DNA of 64,000 nt from Candidatus Poribacteria bacterium (lineage in GTDB: Bacteria; Poribacteria; WGA-4E; WGA-3G), in assembly GCA_963665235.2 (NCBI GenBank), contig CAXXLX010000001.1:1024001-1088000 (forward strand), written 5' to 3'. Positions 48,599 to 58,203 of this stretch are shown here, piece after piece (the first letter of the stretch is position 1; the number at the start of each line of letters is the position of its first letter). The notes under the pieces are model-generated. The model had not been told where the DNA came from. It made no database searches and saw only the letters and a list, made by a program, of their open reading frames with translations. Made by a program: the position numbers and the translations under genes.

Positions 48599-49418
48599 TC
48601 GTTTCAACCTCCCTTTCAACGAGGTATGCGAAAAAGATACCGAGTTGATACAGAATAAAAAGCGGAATCGCCATTAGCAGCATAGACCCCGGGTCCGCTG
48701 GGGTTAGCAAGGCGGAAATGACACAGATGCCTAATAGGGCGTGACGCTGCTTCCCGCGAAAACCGCGCCAGTCAATCACACCGATACGCGCAAGAAACGC
48801 CATCACTATCGGCAACTCAAAAGCGACACCAAAACCCAAAATTAAGTGTATCACTAAACTAATATAGTTCGCCAAATCCCATCGGTTCGGTAAATTCGGA
48901 AACAGTTGAGCCGAAAAATACAACACAACCGGTGTAACAATGAAATACGCAAAAACGGAACCGATGACGAAAAACGTCACAATCACTAAAAACAGCGGTA
49001 ACGCAAGCCGTTTCTCTTTGCGATTGAGCGCAGGAAACACAAACGCCCATATCTGATATAGCACTATCGGGAGCGCAAGCAGAATCCCCGCAGCAAATCC
49101 CAACTTTAGATACGCCATAATCCCTTCCAAAGGACCAACTTTGATTAGCTCCGCATTGATATTTGAAGCATTCGTCCGCAAACTGAGCGAAAAAAAACCT
49201 AAAGTCGACCCCTCAGCACCAACTGTCGCATCAATAGCACCTGACAGCAACGTATTAATAGAATTTTTGAGCGGAAACAGGACAACCATCTCCACAGGCC
49301 CGCTAAACGTTAAACACAGAACCGTAAAAACAGCAATAGCGATAGCTGAAATGATAATCCGCCGACGGAGCTCCTCAAGATGTTCCCAAAACGTCATCGC
49401 GACATCATTAGATTCCAT
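48591..49418 (-). CDS. tatC: Twin-arginine translocase TatC
   Basis: MTFWEHLEELRRR, YQIWAFVFPAL, FELP and LTPADP. Confidence 0.95.
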   Translation of the reverse strand: MESNDVAMTFWEHLEELRRRIIISAIAIAVFTVLCLTFSGPVEMVVLFPLKNSINTLLSGAIDATVGAEGSTLGFFSLSLRTNASNINAELIKVGPLEGIMAYLKLGFAAGILLALPIVLYQIWAFVFPALNRKEKRLALPLFLVIVTFFVIGSVFAYFIVTPVVLYFSAQLFPNLPNRWDLANYISLVIHLILGFGVAFELPIVMAFLARIGVIDWRGFRGKQRHALLGICVISALLTPADPGSMLLMAIPLFILYQLGIFFAYLVEREVETNG

Positions 49419-49438
49419 AGCACGCCTCGTTCACAGTG

Positions 49439-49660
49439 TTAGGTCGACTCCGGTGGACCGATGTTTTTGTCCTCATCTCCGTCAACATCTACATCGTTCG
49501 CCGCCTTTGTCAGTTCGTTTTTGATATCATCGCCCGCGCTCCTAAATTCCCGAATCGCTTTCCCAAGCGACCGCCCCATCTCAGGCAGCTTCTGAGGCCC
49601 GAAGACTACAAGCGCAATCACAAGGATAACTAATATTTCCATCCCGCCTGTTCCCATCAT
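49439..49660 (-). CDS. tatA: Twin-arginine translocase TatA/TatB
   Basis: EILVILVIALVVFGPQKLPEMGRSLGKAIREFR; GGAGG RBS. Confidence 0.92.
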   Translation of the reverse strand: MMGTGGMEILVILVIALVVFGPQKLPEMGRSLGKAIREFRSAGDDIKNELTKAANDVDVDGDEDKNIGPPEST

Positions 49661-49786
49661 GTTCCTACTTCCTCCTTTGCTGAAATGTAGCAAACTCCCA
49701 ACTAATCAAAGTATATCATAAAATAGGCCCATTGGCAACTAAAAAAATTAAAATCGTTGACCTGCGCTCCCCGGTGTGCTATCATG

Positions 49787-50977
49787 TTAACGGCGGGGGA
49801 AAAACGTATCAATACCAGCCTCCACATCTTCTATCGGATGACCATACTGTTTCCGATAATTTTCGTGCGTATTCCGCTCCGTTTCCGTCAACTCCGTTAG
49901 CGGAAAATCAAGGCTTTCCTGACTACGTTTACCCGACTCGTTCATCGCAATATTCATCTCTTGGTCTTGCCTAGCGCGGGCAGCACCGTATTCCGGAGCC
50001 GTCCTGTTAAGCACAGCTGTAGCGATACTGAGAAGCTCGTCTGCCACCGCAATTTGTCCATCGGAGAGCGGATAGTTCTTGAACGGGTTTTCCCACGTCA
50101 CCATCTGTTCCGGGAGTTCCAACGTAATCTTTTCTGTCACGGTGACTCCATCTACGTCAATTGTGCTCCGTTCGGGCCGGTAAGCGATGCCTTTCGCACC
50201 AGATTCAAGGTCAGCGGGAGGGGTTACGTAAATATCTTTACCGACAATCGTGCCTCTGCTACCATCAATTTGGGAGATGCCCGTTTGTCCGCGACCCAAG
50301 GCGCGCGCATGAATGACATTGGAGTAAACCATAAGCGCGGTCGCCCCGTTATCGAATTCAATAAAACCAAGGCTCCAGTTCTCACGCGTATGATGCCGTT
50401 TCATCCGGTCAATAATCGGAATCACAGGACTTGTCTGTGTAATACCGAGTGCCGACTTCGGCTCACCACCAGCACGAAGACGAAGCATACTCATCCCGTG
50501 ATAACCCCCTTCATGAAAAATTCGGTAAATTCTAGCGACATCGCCTATAACGCCCGCTGCAATTACCTTCGACAGAAACCGCTCTTGAGGCGCGCGGTAA
50601 TAGTTTTCCGCCACCTCAAGCTTTACGTCATTGGCATCGGCACGTTCAATCATCAAATCGGTCATCGGTAACGTAACAGCGATAGGGGTTTCACAGAGGA
50701 TATGAACCCCCGCATCCGCCATAAAACAACCAATTGAGTGGTGTGCAACACCGGGGACAGTAATATCAACGACATCCAGGTCCTCCTGAGCTACAAGCTC
50801 ACGGACATTGGTATAGGGGGTTGCCCCGTACTGTTCGGCATAGCGCGTCGCTGTTTCTTCATCTATATCGCAAATCGCAACGAGATTGAAAACATCTTTA
50901 AGTTTCGCAATAACCGGTAGATGCGCGCCACCGCCGCGTCGACCCGCACCAATTAAAGCAATATTGAGTTTGGACAT
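49787..50977 (-). CDS. Gfo/Idh/MocA family oxidoreductase
   Basis: IALIGAGRRG, LVAICD and HILCETP (EKP-like). Confidence 0.85.
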   Translation of the reverse strand: MSKLNIALIGAGRRGGGAHLPVIAKLKDVFNLVAICDIDEETATRYAEQYGATPYTNVRELVAQEDLDVVDITVPGVAHHSIGCFMADAGVHILCETPIAVTLPMTDLMIERADANDVKLEVAENYYRAPQERFLSKVIAAGVIGDVARIYRIFHEGGYHGMSMLRLRAGGEPKSALGITQTSPVIPIIDRMKRHHTRENWSLGFIEFDNGATALMVYSNVIHARALGRGQTGISQIDGSRGTIVGKDIYVTPPADLESGAKGIAYRPERSTIDVDGVTVTEKITLELPEQMVTWENPFKNYPLSDGQIAVADELLSIATAVLNRTAPEYGAARARQDQEMNIAMNESGKRSQESLDFPLTELTETERNTHENYRKQYGHPIEDVEAGIDTFFPRR

Positions 50978-51100
50978 ATATCAAAACTCCTTAGAACAAG
51001 TTTCATTTAAGATACCATTTTTCACACAGGCCTGTCAAGAGGATAGTAGGGCGATTCATCGCCCATCAGCCAATCGCTAATTGCCAATAACCAATAAACT

Positions 51101-51847
51101 ATGCTTGCCATTATTCTCAAAGACCTCCGTTTTTACACCAATTCGCGCAAATATCGACGAATCCATCTCCTAATTTTATGCGTGCTTACATTACTACTAT
51201 TCGTCACCGCCGTTGAATTTTACGCGCAACGCAGAACAGGAAACCCTATCACACTCGGGCAGCAGGTGTACACACTATTCATCATCGCCCTCTTCATCTT
51301 CCAATTCTGGGTGCCGAGACATGCCGTTGAAGCCCTGTGCCTAGAACGGACCTCTCATCCACATCTACCGGGGGATAGCGCGAACGCTGCACTGCTAAAG
51401 CTAACACCCATTGCAGCATGGAAAATACTAGCAGGCAAACTGGGAGCTGTTGTGCTCTGGACAATCTGGAGCATTTGGTTAGCAATACCCCTATTAGCAC
51501 TTTCAAGCTACATAGGCGGGTTGACAATATCGCAACTCCTGAAATGTGGTGTAGTGATATTAGGGAGTTGTCTCTTTTTCGCGCTGATTGGCATCGGGTG
51601 TGCGTTATGGTGTTCACCTATTAGTGCAAAAGGCATCAGTTACAGCGTTGCTCTGGCAATAACCTTCCTGCCCCTACTACCGATATCCCCCTTCGTGGAC
51701 ATTCCGATGTTAGAAGCAATAAGTCCCCTCTGCGCGTTACTATCAATTATTGGTTCAGGTGGAACATATCTTTGGGTGTGGAATATCTGTTTATTCGCCG
51801 TGTTATTTCTGCTGCTCTTCCCAATTCTGGCCATGAAGCTGCGCTAG
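51101..51847 (+). CDS. ABC-2-type permease-like membrane protein
   Basis: About six TM helices; LLKLTPI...ILAGKL motif. Confidence 0.6.
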   Translation: MLAIILKDLRFYTNSRKYRRIHLLILCVLTLLLFVTAVEFYAQRRTGNPITLGQQVYTLFIIALFIFQFWVPRHAVEALCLERTSHPHLPGDSANAALLKLTPIAAWKILAGKLGAVVLWTIWSIWLAIPLLALSSYIGGLTISQLLKCGVVILGSCLFFALIGIGCALWCSPISAKGISYSVALAITFLPLLPISPFVDIPMLEAISPLCALLSIIGSGGTYLWVWNICLFAVLFLLLFPILAMKLR

Positions 51848-51899
51848 CACGAGCGTTATATGTCCCACACGTAGACGCTAAATGGTATAATATTAATTG

Positions 51900-53876
51900 A
51901 TGAATACGATAAAACAGACATCACATCCTCAACAAACACCGCAGTCCACCGACGGTTTGAGCTCCTCCCAGCCGAAAGCCGGCGTGACGTTTCGTGCAAT
52001 TCTGCTCGGCATTTTCCTCATCCCGCCCAACACCTATTTCATTATGGCGAATCATCTCCGCTTTTGGAGCACTTTGCCGACAACGATGTCCCTGATTTAC
52101 AACGTCGTCGTAACATTGGCGGTATTGACAAGTCTCAATTTGCTGCTCAAAAAATTGCTACCACGTTTCGCGCTTCGGCAGGGAGAGTTGCTTACCATCT
52201 ACGTTATCCTCTCGCTCTCCTCCGCAATTGCGGGGCATGACATGATGCAAACCGTTGTGCCTGTCATACCGAACGGGTTTTGGTTCGCCACACCTGAAAA
52301 TGAGTGGCAACAGCTCTTCTGGCGGCACCTACCCAATTGGCTTACACTCAGCGAACTCTCTGTCTTGCAAGATTTTTACGATGGCGATACAACCTTCTAC
52401 ACAAAAAAATATATAACCGCATGGTGGCAACCGATTTTATGGTGGACAGTGCTTTTGTCTGTCCTAATTTGGGTGATGATTTGTATCGACCTGCTCTTAC
52501 GGAAACAGTGGATAGAACGGGAACGATTGACCTATCCGATTGTCCGCCTACCGATAGAAATGACGCACACAGATGGGCGGCTCTTTAAAAACAAAATGCT
52601 GTGGGCAGGTTTCGCAATTGCAGGAAGCATCGACCTCATTAACGGTATCCACGCCTTCTTCCCCGCTTTTCCGGAGATACCGGTTCGCAAAGCAAACCTC
52701 GGTATCTATTTTACCGAAAAACCGTGGGATGCAATGGGATGGACCCCCATCTATATTCTCTCCTTCGGAGTCGGGCTCGCCTTTTTGATGCCATTAGAGA
52801 TGTCATTTTCGCTCTGGTTTTTCTACCTATTCTGGAAAGCGGAGCGTATTTTAGGGAGGGCTATGGGACTACAGATTTTGCCAGGCTTTCCTTACGATGG
52901 ACCCCAGGGAGTCGGTGCGTATCTCGCCATCGCATGCTGTGGACTATACGGGGGCCGCAAACACTTTTATGCAATTTTCAGAAACCTGTTCCGCAAAAAA
53001 GGGACCGGCATGAACACGTTGTCTCCCGAAGACGCAGACGCAACAGACTATCGATGGCCAGTAGCGGGATTGATAGCAGGGGTGCTTTTCCTTTTCATCT
53101 TTTCAAACTACGGGGGGATGGCAGTTTGGATGATTGCGTTGTATTTCCTTATCTATTACCTACTCGCGTTAGGCATCACCCGGGTACGTGCCGAAGTCGG
53201 GCCGCCGACGCATGAAATGTTTGTAGCGAACCCGCGGCGATTCATCTTAGATACACTCGGTTCGCGCCCGATTCCGCCACGGAGCCTCACCATGATGTCG
53301 CTCTATTACGCCTTTAATCGCGGCTACCGTGCACATCCGATGCCCCATACATTAGAGGGATTTAAACTCGTTGAAGTCGCAAACATGAAAGCCGGGCGAA
53401 TGGTCATAGCCATGATGTGTGCCGTCGTTTTCGGCATCCTCGCCGCGTTCTGGTCATACCTCGCCGTATCCTACGAAATAGGCGCGAACCCGGGTCTGGG
53501 AAACGGCGGCTATAACAGACTCCGCTCCTGGCTCTACTATCCGAGCGAAACGAACGTTCCCGCCGTCACCTTTATGGGTATTGGGTTTCTGTTTACGACG
53601 TTATTGTGGTGGTTGCGCACCCGTTTCCCAATGTTTCCGTTTCATCCCACCGGATATGCTGTCGCAAGCAGTATGTGGACATTTGGATGGCTCTGGTTCT
53701 CGGTGTTAGTAAGTTGGGCAGCAAAAAATCTCATCTTACGATTTGGCGGTATCCGTCTCTATCATCGAGTCTTACCGCTATTTTTAGGGCTGATTTTAGG
53801 TGAATTTATTGTCGGCGGGGCGTGGGTGTTAATTCGCCTTATCTGGGGAGTCTCTGTTTATTCATTCTACCGTTAG
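51900..53876 (+). CDS. Large polytopic membrane protein (DUF6785/DUF6784-like)
   Basis: QWIERERLTYPI..LP, SLWFFYL, FPFHPTGY and PLFLGLILGE blocks; family recognised from memory. Confidence 0.7.
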   Translation: MNTIKQTSHPQQTPQSTDGLSSSQPKAGVTFRAILLGIFLIPPNTYFIMANHLRFWSTLPTTMSLIYNVVVTLAVLTSLNLLLKKLLPRFALRQGELLTIYVILSLSSAIAGHDMMQTVVPVIPNGFWFATPENEWQQLFWRHLPNWLTLSELSVLQDFYDGDTTFYTKKYITAWWQPILWWTVLLSVLIWVMICIDLLLRKQWIERERLTYPIVRLPIEMTHTDGRLFKNKMLWAGFAIAGSIDLINGIHAFFPAFPEIPVRKANLGIYFTEKPWDAMGWTPIYILSFGVGLAFLMPLEMSFSLWFFYLFWKAERILGRAMGLQILPGFPYDGPQGVGAYLAIACCGLYGGRKHFYAIFRNLFRKKGTGMNTLSPEDADATDYRWPVAGLIAGVLFLFIFSNYGGMAVWMIALYFLIYYLLALGITRVRAEVGPPTHEMFVANPRRFILDTLGSRPIPPRSLTMMSLYYAFNRGYRAHPMPHTLEGFKLVEVANMKAGRMVIAMMCAVVFGILAAFWSYLAVSYEIGANPGLGNGGYNRLRSWLYYPSETNVPAVTFMGIGFLFTTLLWWLRTRFPMFPFHPTGYAVASSMWTFGWLWFSVLVSWAAKNLILRFGGIRLYHRVLPLFLGLILGEFIVGGAWVLIRLIWGVSVYSFYR

Positions 53877-54012
53877 CGGGATTATTTACACCGGGTGTGT
53901 AATCCGCAATTCTGAACAGTTCACAAAATGCAGACAGGTTCGCAAAAAACTCTTTCTCCGTGTCCTCTGTGTCCTCCGTGTAATCCGCGATTCTGACAGT
54001 TACGCAGCACAC

Positions 54013-55878
54013 TTAAGGCTCAAATTCCCAAAAAAGAATAGTACCGTCCCAACTCCCACTAACTATAGTGTTCCCATCAGGACTAAACGACACGCTACTG
54101 ACATCACCCGTATGTCCTTTGAGTGTTTCGATAAGTTGCCTTGTGCTTAGGTTCCATAGACGAATAGTTTTGTCCACGCTCCCGCTAACTATCGTATTCC
54201 CATCCGGACTAAACGACACACTATTGACCGGACCCGTATGTCCTTTGAGTGTTTCGATAAGTTGCCCTGTGCTTGTGTGCCATAGCCGAATAGTCCAGTC
54301 CCCACCCCCACTAACAAGTATACGAGCATTCAAACTAAAAAAGGACACGCCATTGACCGGACCCGTATGTCCCATGAGTGTTCTGATAAGGTGTCCGGTG
54401 CCCGTGTCCCATAGACCAATAGTCCTGTCCGAACTCCCACTAACTATCGTCCTACCATCTGGACTAAACGATACACTAGTGACATCACCCATATCTCCTT
54501 CGAGTGTTTTGATAAGGTGTCCTGTTATAGCGTCCCACAGACGAATAGTATTGTCATCGCCCCCACTAACTATCGTCCTACCATCCGGACTAAACGATAC
54601 GCTACTGACATCACCCCCATGTCCTTCGAGTGTTTTGATAAGGTGTCCTGTTGTAGCGTCCCACAGACGAATAGTATTGTCATCGCCCCCACTAACTATC
54701 GTCCTACCATCCGGACTAAACGATACGCTAGCGACATCACCCATATCTCCTTCGAGTGTTTTGATAAGGTGTCCTGTTATAGCGTCCCACAGACGAATAG
54801 TATTGTCATCACCCCCACTAACTATCGTCCTACCATCCGGACTAAACGATACGCTTTCAACCCACCCTGTATGTCCTTCGAGTGTTCTGATAAGTTGTCC
54901 TGTGCTAACGTCCCATAGACGAATAGTATTGTCATCACCCCCACTAACTATCGTCCTACCATCCGGACTAAACGATACGTTATAGACACGCCTTGTATCT
55001 TCTGGGAGTGTTCTGATAATTTGTCCTGTGCTAACGTCCCATAGACAAATAGTATTGCCATCACCCCCACTAACTATCGTCCTACCATCCGGACTAAACG
55101 ATACGCTTTCGACCCACCTTGTATGTCCCGTGAGTGTTTTGATAAGTTTTCCTGTGTTCGTATCCCATAGACGAATAGTCTTGCCATCACCCCCACTAAC
55201 TATCGTCCTACCATCCGGACTAAACGATACGCTTTCGACCCACCTTGTATGTCCCGTGAGTGTTTTGATAAGTTTTCCTGTGTTCGTATCCCACAGTTGG
55301 ATAGGATTGTTATAACTCCCACTAACGATACTAACGATAGTATTCCCATCTGGACTAAACGACACGCTAATAACCAACTTCGGATCTCCCGTGAGTGTTC
55401 TGATAAGTTCTCCTGTCCTAATGTCCCATAGACCAATAGTTTTGTCCATACTCCCACTAACTACGGTGTTACCATCCGGACTAAACGACACACTAGTGAC
55501 ATCACCGGTATGTCCTGTAAGCACTCTGATAGGCTTTCCAGTATTTGTGTCCCATAGACGAATAGTCTTGTCATCACCCCCACTAACGATAGTATTCCCA
55601 TCTGGACTAAAAGACACGCTATTGACCGGCCCTGTATGTCCTGTAAATAGGTTAAGTTCTTCCCCTGTCTGAACATCATAAATCCAAATCCCGATACTAC
55701 CACCAACAGCTAACCGCGTGCCATCTGGTGAAAACCGTATCTCATTTATAGAACCTTTACCAAGACGGACTTTCGCCCCCTTTGGTAAGTTCCATTGTGT
55801 ATAGTCTACAGCGAAAATGTTTGGGGTAACCATTAGGAGCACAAACAAAATCGTTAGCATCAAAAACATAGTTCGCAT
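54013..55878 (-). CDS. Secreted WD40-repeat protein (14 repeats)
   Basis: Signal peptide; DYTQWNLPKGAKVRLGKG leader; near-identical 42-aa GH...VSFSPDG.TIVSG..D.TIRLWD repeats. Confidence 0.92.
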   Translation of the reverse strand: MRTMFLMLTILFVLLMVTPNIFAVDYTQWNLPKGAKVRLGKGSINEIRFSPDGTRLAVGGSIGIWIYDVQTGEELNLFTGHTGPVNSVSFSPDGNTIVSGGDDKTIRLWDTNTGKPIRVLTGHTGDVTSVSFSPDGNTVVSGSMDKTIGLWDIRTGELIRTLTGDPKLVISVSFSPDGNTIVSIVSGSYNNPIQLWDTNTGKLIKTLTGHTRWVESVSFSPDGRTIVSGGDGKTIRLWDTNTGKLIKTLTGHTRWVESVSFSPDGRTIVSGGDGNTICLWDVSTGQIIRTLPEDTRRVYNVSFSPDGRTIVSGGDDNTIRLWDVSTGQLIRTLEGHTGWVESVSFSPDGRTIVSGGDDNTIRLWDAITGHLIKTLEGDMGDVASVSFSPDGRTIVSGGDDNTIRLWDATTGHLIKTLEGHGGDVSSVSFSPDGRTIVSGGDDNTIRLWDAITGHLIKTLEGDMGDVTSVSFSPDGRTIVSGSSDRTIGLWDTGTGHLIRTLMGHTGPVNGVSFFSLNARILVSGGGDWTIRLWHTSTGQLIETLKGHTGPVNSVSFSPDGNTIVSGSVDKTIRLWNLSTRQLIETLKGHTGDVSSVSFSPDGNTIVSGSWDGTILFWEFEP

Positions 55879-55935
55879 CAGGTTGCCGATGATATTAACC
55901 TATCTATTTCCGTGGAATACTATGTATTTCACATC

Positions 55936-57519
55936 TTAGACGGTTTGCAAGTTGCTTATAGAAAGCAACCAGGGTTCATCTACCAAAGCACGCAGAAATA
56001 TCCCGCGTGCGCCGTTCAAATCTCTGTCCATCGTCCGACCTGCGCCATCTTTGATAACTTTAGCACCGCCTAAGTTTTTGACAATCTCACCTGTCCACGA
56101 CACGGTTTTTGATGTATACGCTTCACAAACATCTACCACAAGACACCCCGTTTCTTTTGCTTTATGCTTAAGGAACTGTTTGAAACGGTAATGAGAGAGG
56201 GTCAGCATTTGGCGTGCGGTTTTCTTATGGAGTTTGCGTCCACTTTTGCACGTCATTTGAGAAGTCTCAAAAGTGGGGAGTAAGATGATATCAAAGTTAT
56301 CTACAAGCCAGCGTGCGACTTTCTTATGAAGTTCATCAATAAGATTGCGTATTTTGCGGCGAAGCCGTTTTGCTGCGTTTCGCATATTGCGGCGTTGTGG
56401 GCGTTTTGCTTTTGCAGCCCGGCTGAGTAGGTCGTCGAGATATGAACAAAGTCGTTGGATTTTATTGATAGCGTGGTGTCCAAGCCAGCCGAAGCCATCT
56501 TCACAAAAATAGGTGAGAAACGTTCTGATACCGGGGTCAAGTGCGACAACACGCCCGCTTGGTTCTCGCTTTCGTATCGTCACACTATAACTGACACACA
56601 AATAGTAGTGTGTGCCCTCTTTGACTAAGCGGGAGTCTTTGATATTTTCAGGGAGACGCTCACTGAGTCTAAGTTTTCCTAACTTTGTGTGATAGACACC
56701 CTTTTCAGATATGGCACCTTTGGGTATAAAGATAGACTGTTTATCGTTTTTCCGACTACGGAACTTCACGCATTGAAATGTGCTTCTCTGCTGATAGTCT
56801 ATTTTCGCGTTCTGGACAGCTTGACAGGCATCCCGAATAGCAACTGACTTGACTTGATAAGGAACAGCCTTCGCCCAATCGGGTAAGTCGTCAAGGATAC
56901 CTGTCTTAATCGCCATCCAGTTCGCTTTTGTCTCAGGCTGACGCAAATAGTCAATCGCTTTGTTATAGACAAAACGAGATGTGCCTATCCATTGACGCAG
57001 CGTCTCACGCTGTTCCGGTGTCGGATAGACTCTTATCTTCTTTGATTTTGTTACGGTAACTTCGGAGTCCGCGCAGTCTGCAACTGAAGACAGGCAGGAT
57101 TGCGAGAAGATTGGATGTGAGGTCTTCTTGTCGACTGTGTTCTGTTTGGTCAAAAACCACGAGTTCGCCAACGTTTTGTTCAATGAGGTATCGAATAAGG
57201 GCGATACTGAACCGGGCGAGACGAGCCCGATGGGCAATAACAACCTAGAGCTTATCACCTTGCATAAGCCGGTCCAATAAGGTTCTAACCCCTTTTCTTT
57301 TGAATTTGAGACCACTACCGATGTCTCTAATGATTTCTGCTTCGGGGTAGATACTTCGCATATACGCGACTTGTCGTTCAAGGGCATCTCTTTGGTTTGG
57401 GCTGGACACCCTGCAATAGCAAAGAGTGGTCCTTGGTTTTGATTTGCTTTTGATGGACCCATCAACATCATAGCGTCCATGTCCGCCTCCTGTGCGGGTT
57501 GTCCCAATCTTTCCTTCAT
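55936..57519 (-). CDS. tnpB: IS607 TnpB (pro-Fanzor type) with N-terminal extension
   Basis: AAGGAG-8 nt-ATG; ALDPG, ILLP, EAYTSKT and DRDLNGA. Confidence 0.9.
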   Translation of the reverse strand: MKERLGQPAQEADMDAMMLMGPSKANQNQGPLFAIAGCPAQTKEMPLNDKSRICEVSTPKQKSLETSVVVSNSKEKGLEPYWTGLCKVISSRLLLPIGLVSPGSVSPLFDTSLNKTLANSWFLTKQNTVDKKTSHPIFSQSCLSSVADCADSEVTVTKSKKIRVYPTPEQRETLRQWIGTSRFVYNKAIDYLRQPETKANWMAIKTGILDDLPDWAKAVPYQVKSVAIRDACQAVQNAKIDYQQRSTFQCVKFRSRKNDKQSIFIPKGAISEKGVYHTKLGKLRLSERLPENIKDSRLVKEGTHYYLCVSYSVTIRKREPSGRVVALDPGIRTFLTYFCEDGFGWLGHHAINKIQRLCSYLDDLLSRAAKAKRPQRRNMRNAAKRLRRKIRNLIDELHKKVARWLVDNFDIILLPTFETSQMTCKSGRKLHKKTARQMLTLSHYRFKQFLKHKAKETGCLVVDVCEAYTSKTVSWTGEIVKNLGGAKVIKDGAGRTMDRDLNGARGIFLRALVDEPWLLSISNLQTV

Positions 57520-57593
57520 TTGCTAATCTCCTTAAGTGATTCGGGGTCCAATCCAGCATTTCCGATGCTGGACGGCGCGGATACATAAGTCAT
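57005..57593 (-). pseudogene. tnpA: IS607 tnpA remnant
   Basis: YCRVSS retained; GAG to TAG after GDKL; DRLAR changed to ARLAR; early frameshift. Confidence 0.85.
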
Positions 57594-57669
57594 ATATATT
57601 GTAACACAAATATATTGAAATGTCAAGAAAAATATAGATTTTATGCTACTGTTCCGCAACCTCCTTCTG

Positions 57670-58020
57670 TTTAGTCCAGCATGGACGATATGTTTATAGA
57701 ATTATGGCTGTTGGCTTATGGCTGTTAGCAAGAGAAAGAGGCTTCTGACGCGCGTCAGAGGGTTATCTATAATCACAACATCTTGCCAGGAGAGAAAATA
57801 ATGAAAATCGCAGATTTTCATCTATTTCTCCTTTCTGCCAATCGCCAATTGCTAATCGCTAATTTAAAATCCGCGAAATCCGTGTTCTCCGTGCTAATCC
57901 GCGATTCAGACAAAAAAACACAACATCACTTAATCCCAAAACCTTGACGCGCACACCTCTTAAAATCCGCGCAAATCCGATAAATCCGCGCAAATCCGAG
58001 ATTCAGACAACGCACGCCAA
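57670..58020. repeat. Composite intergenic repeat region
   Basis: ttagtccagcatggacgatatgtttatag unit, heptamer-armed element and aatccgcg-type repeats (also at 53897-53998). Confidence 0.7.
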
Positions 58021-58022
58021 AT

Positions 58023-58172
58023 CCCTCTTCCCCTCTTCCATTCTCCCATTCTTCCCTTCTTCCATTCTCCCATTCTTCCCTTCTTCCATCCTTCCCCTCT
58101 TCCATCCTTCCCCTCTTCCATCCTTCCCCTCTTCCATCCTTCCATTCTTCCCTCTTCCATTCTTCCATCCAT
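58023..58172. repeat. Pyrimidine-rich octamer tandem repeat (cttcc-nnn)
   Basis: About 18 degenerate units of the type cttccatc / cttcccct / cttccatt. Confidence 0.85.
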
Positions 58173-58203
58173 CCCTCTGACAAAAACTTTACACACCTCG
58201 CGC

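Larger units (their letters stand above)
55886..57661 (-). mobile_element. IS607-family element, copy 4 (subtype B, non-autonomous)
   Basis: Shared ends; tnpA has a +1 shift near codon 7 and TAG at 57245-57247. Confidence 0.92.

Noticed and set aside
54068-55672. Long plus-strand repetitive ORFs (e.g. 54068..54985, 305 aa)
   Set aside because: Antisense shadows of the WD40 repeats; the minus-strand protein has the recognisable motifs
54013-55700. Possible CRISPR array from regularly spaced repeats
   Set aside because: The 126-bp period is in-frame coding sequence, the intervening parts are homologous rather than unique spacers, and there are no cas genes
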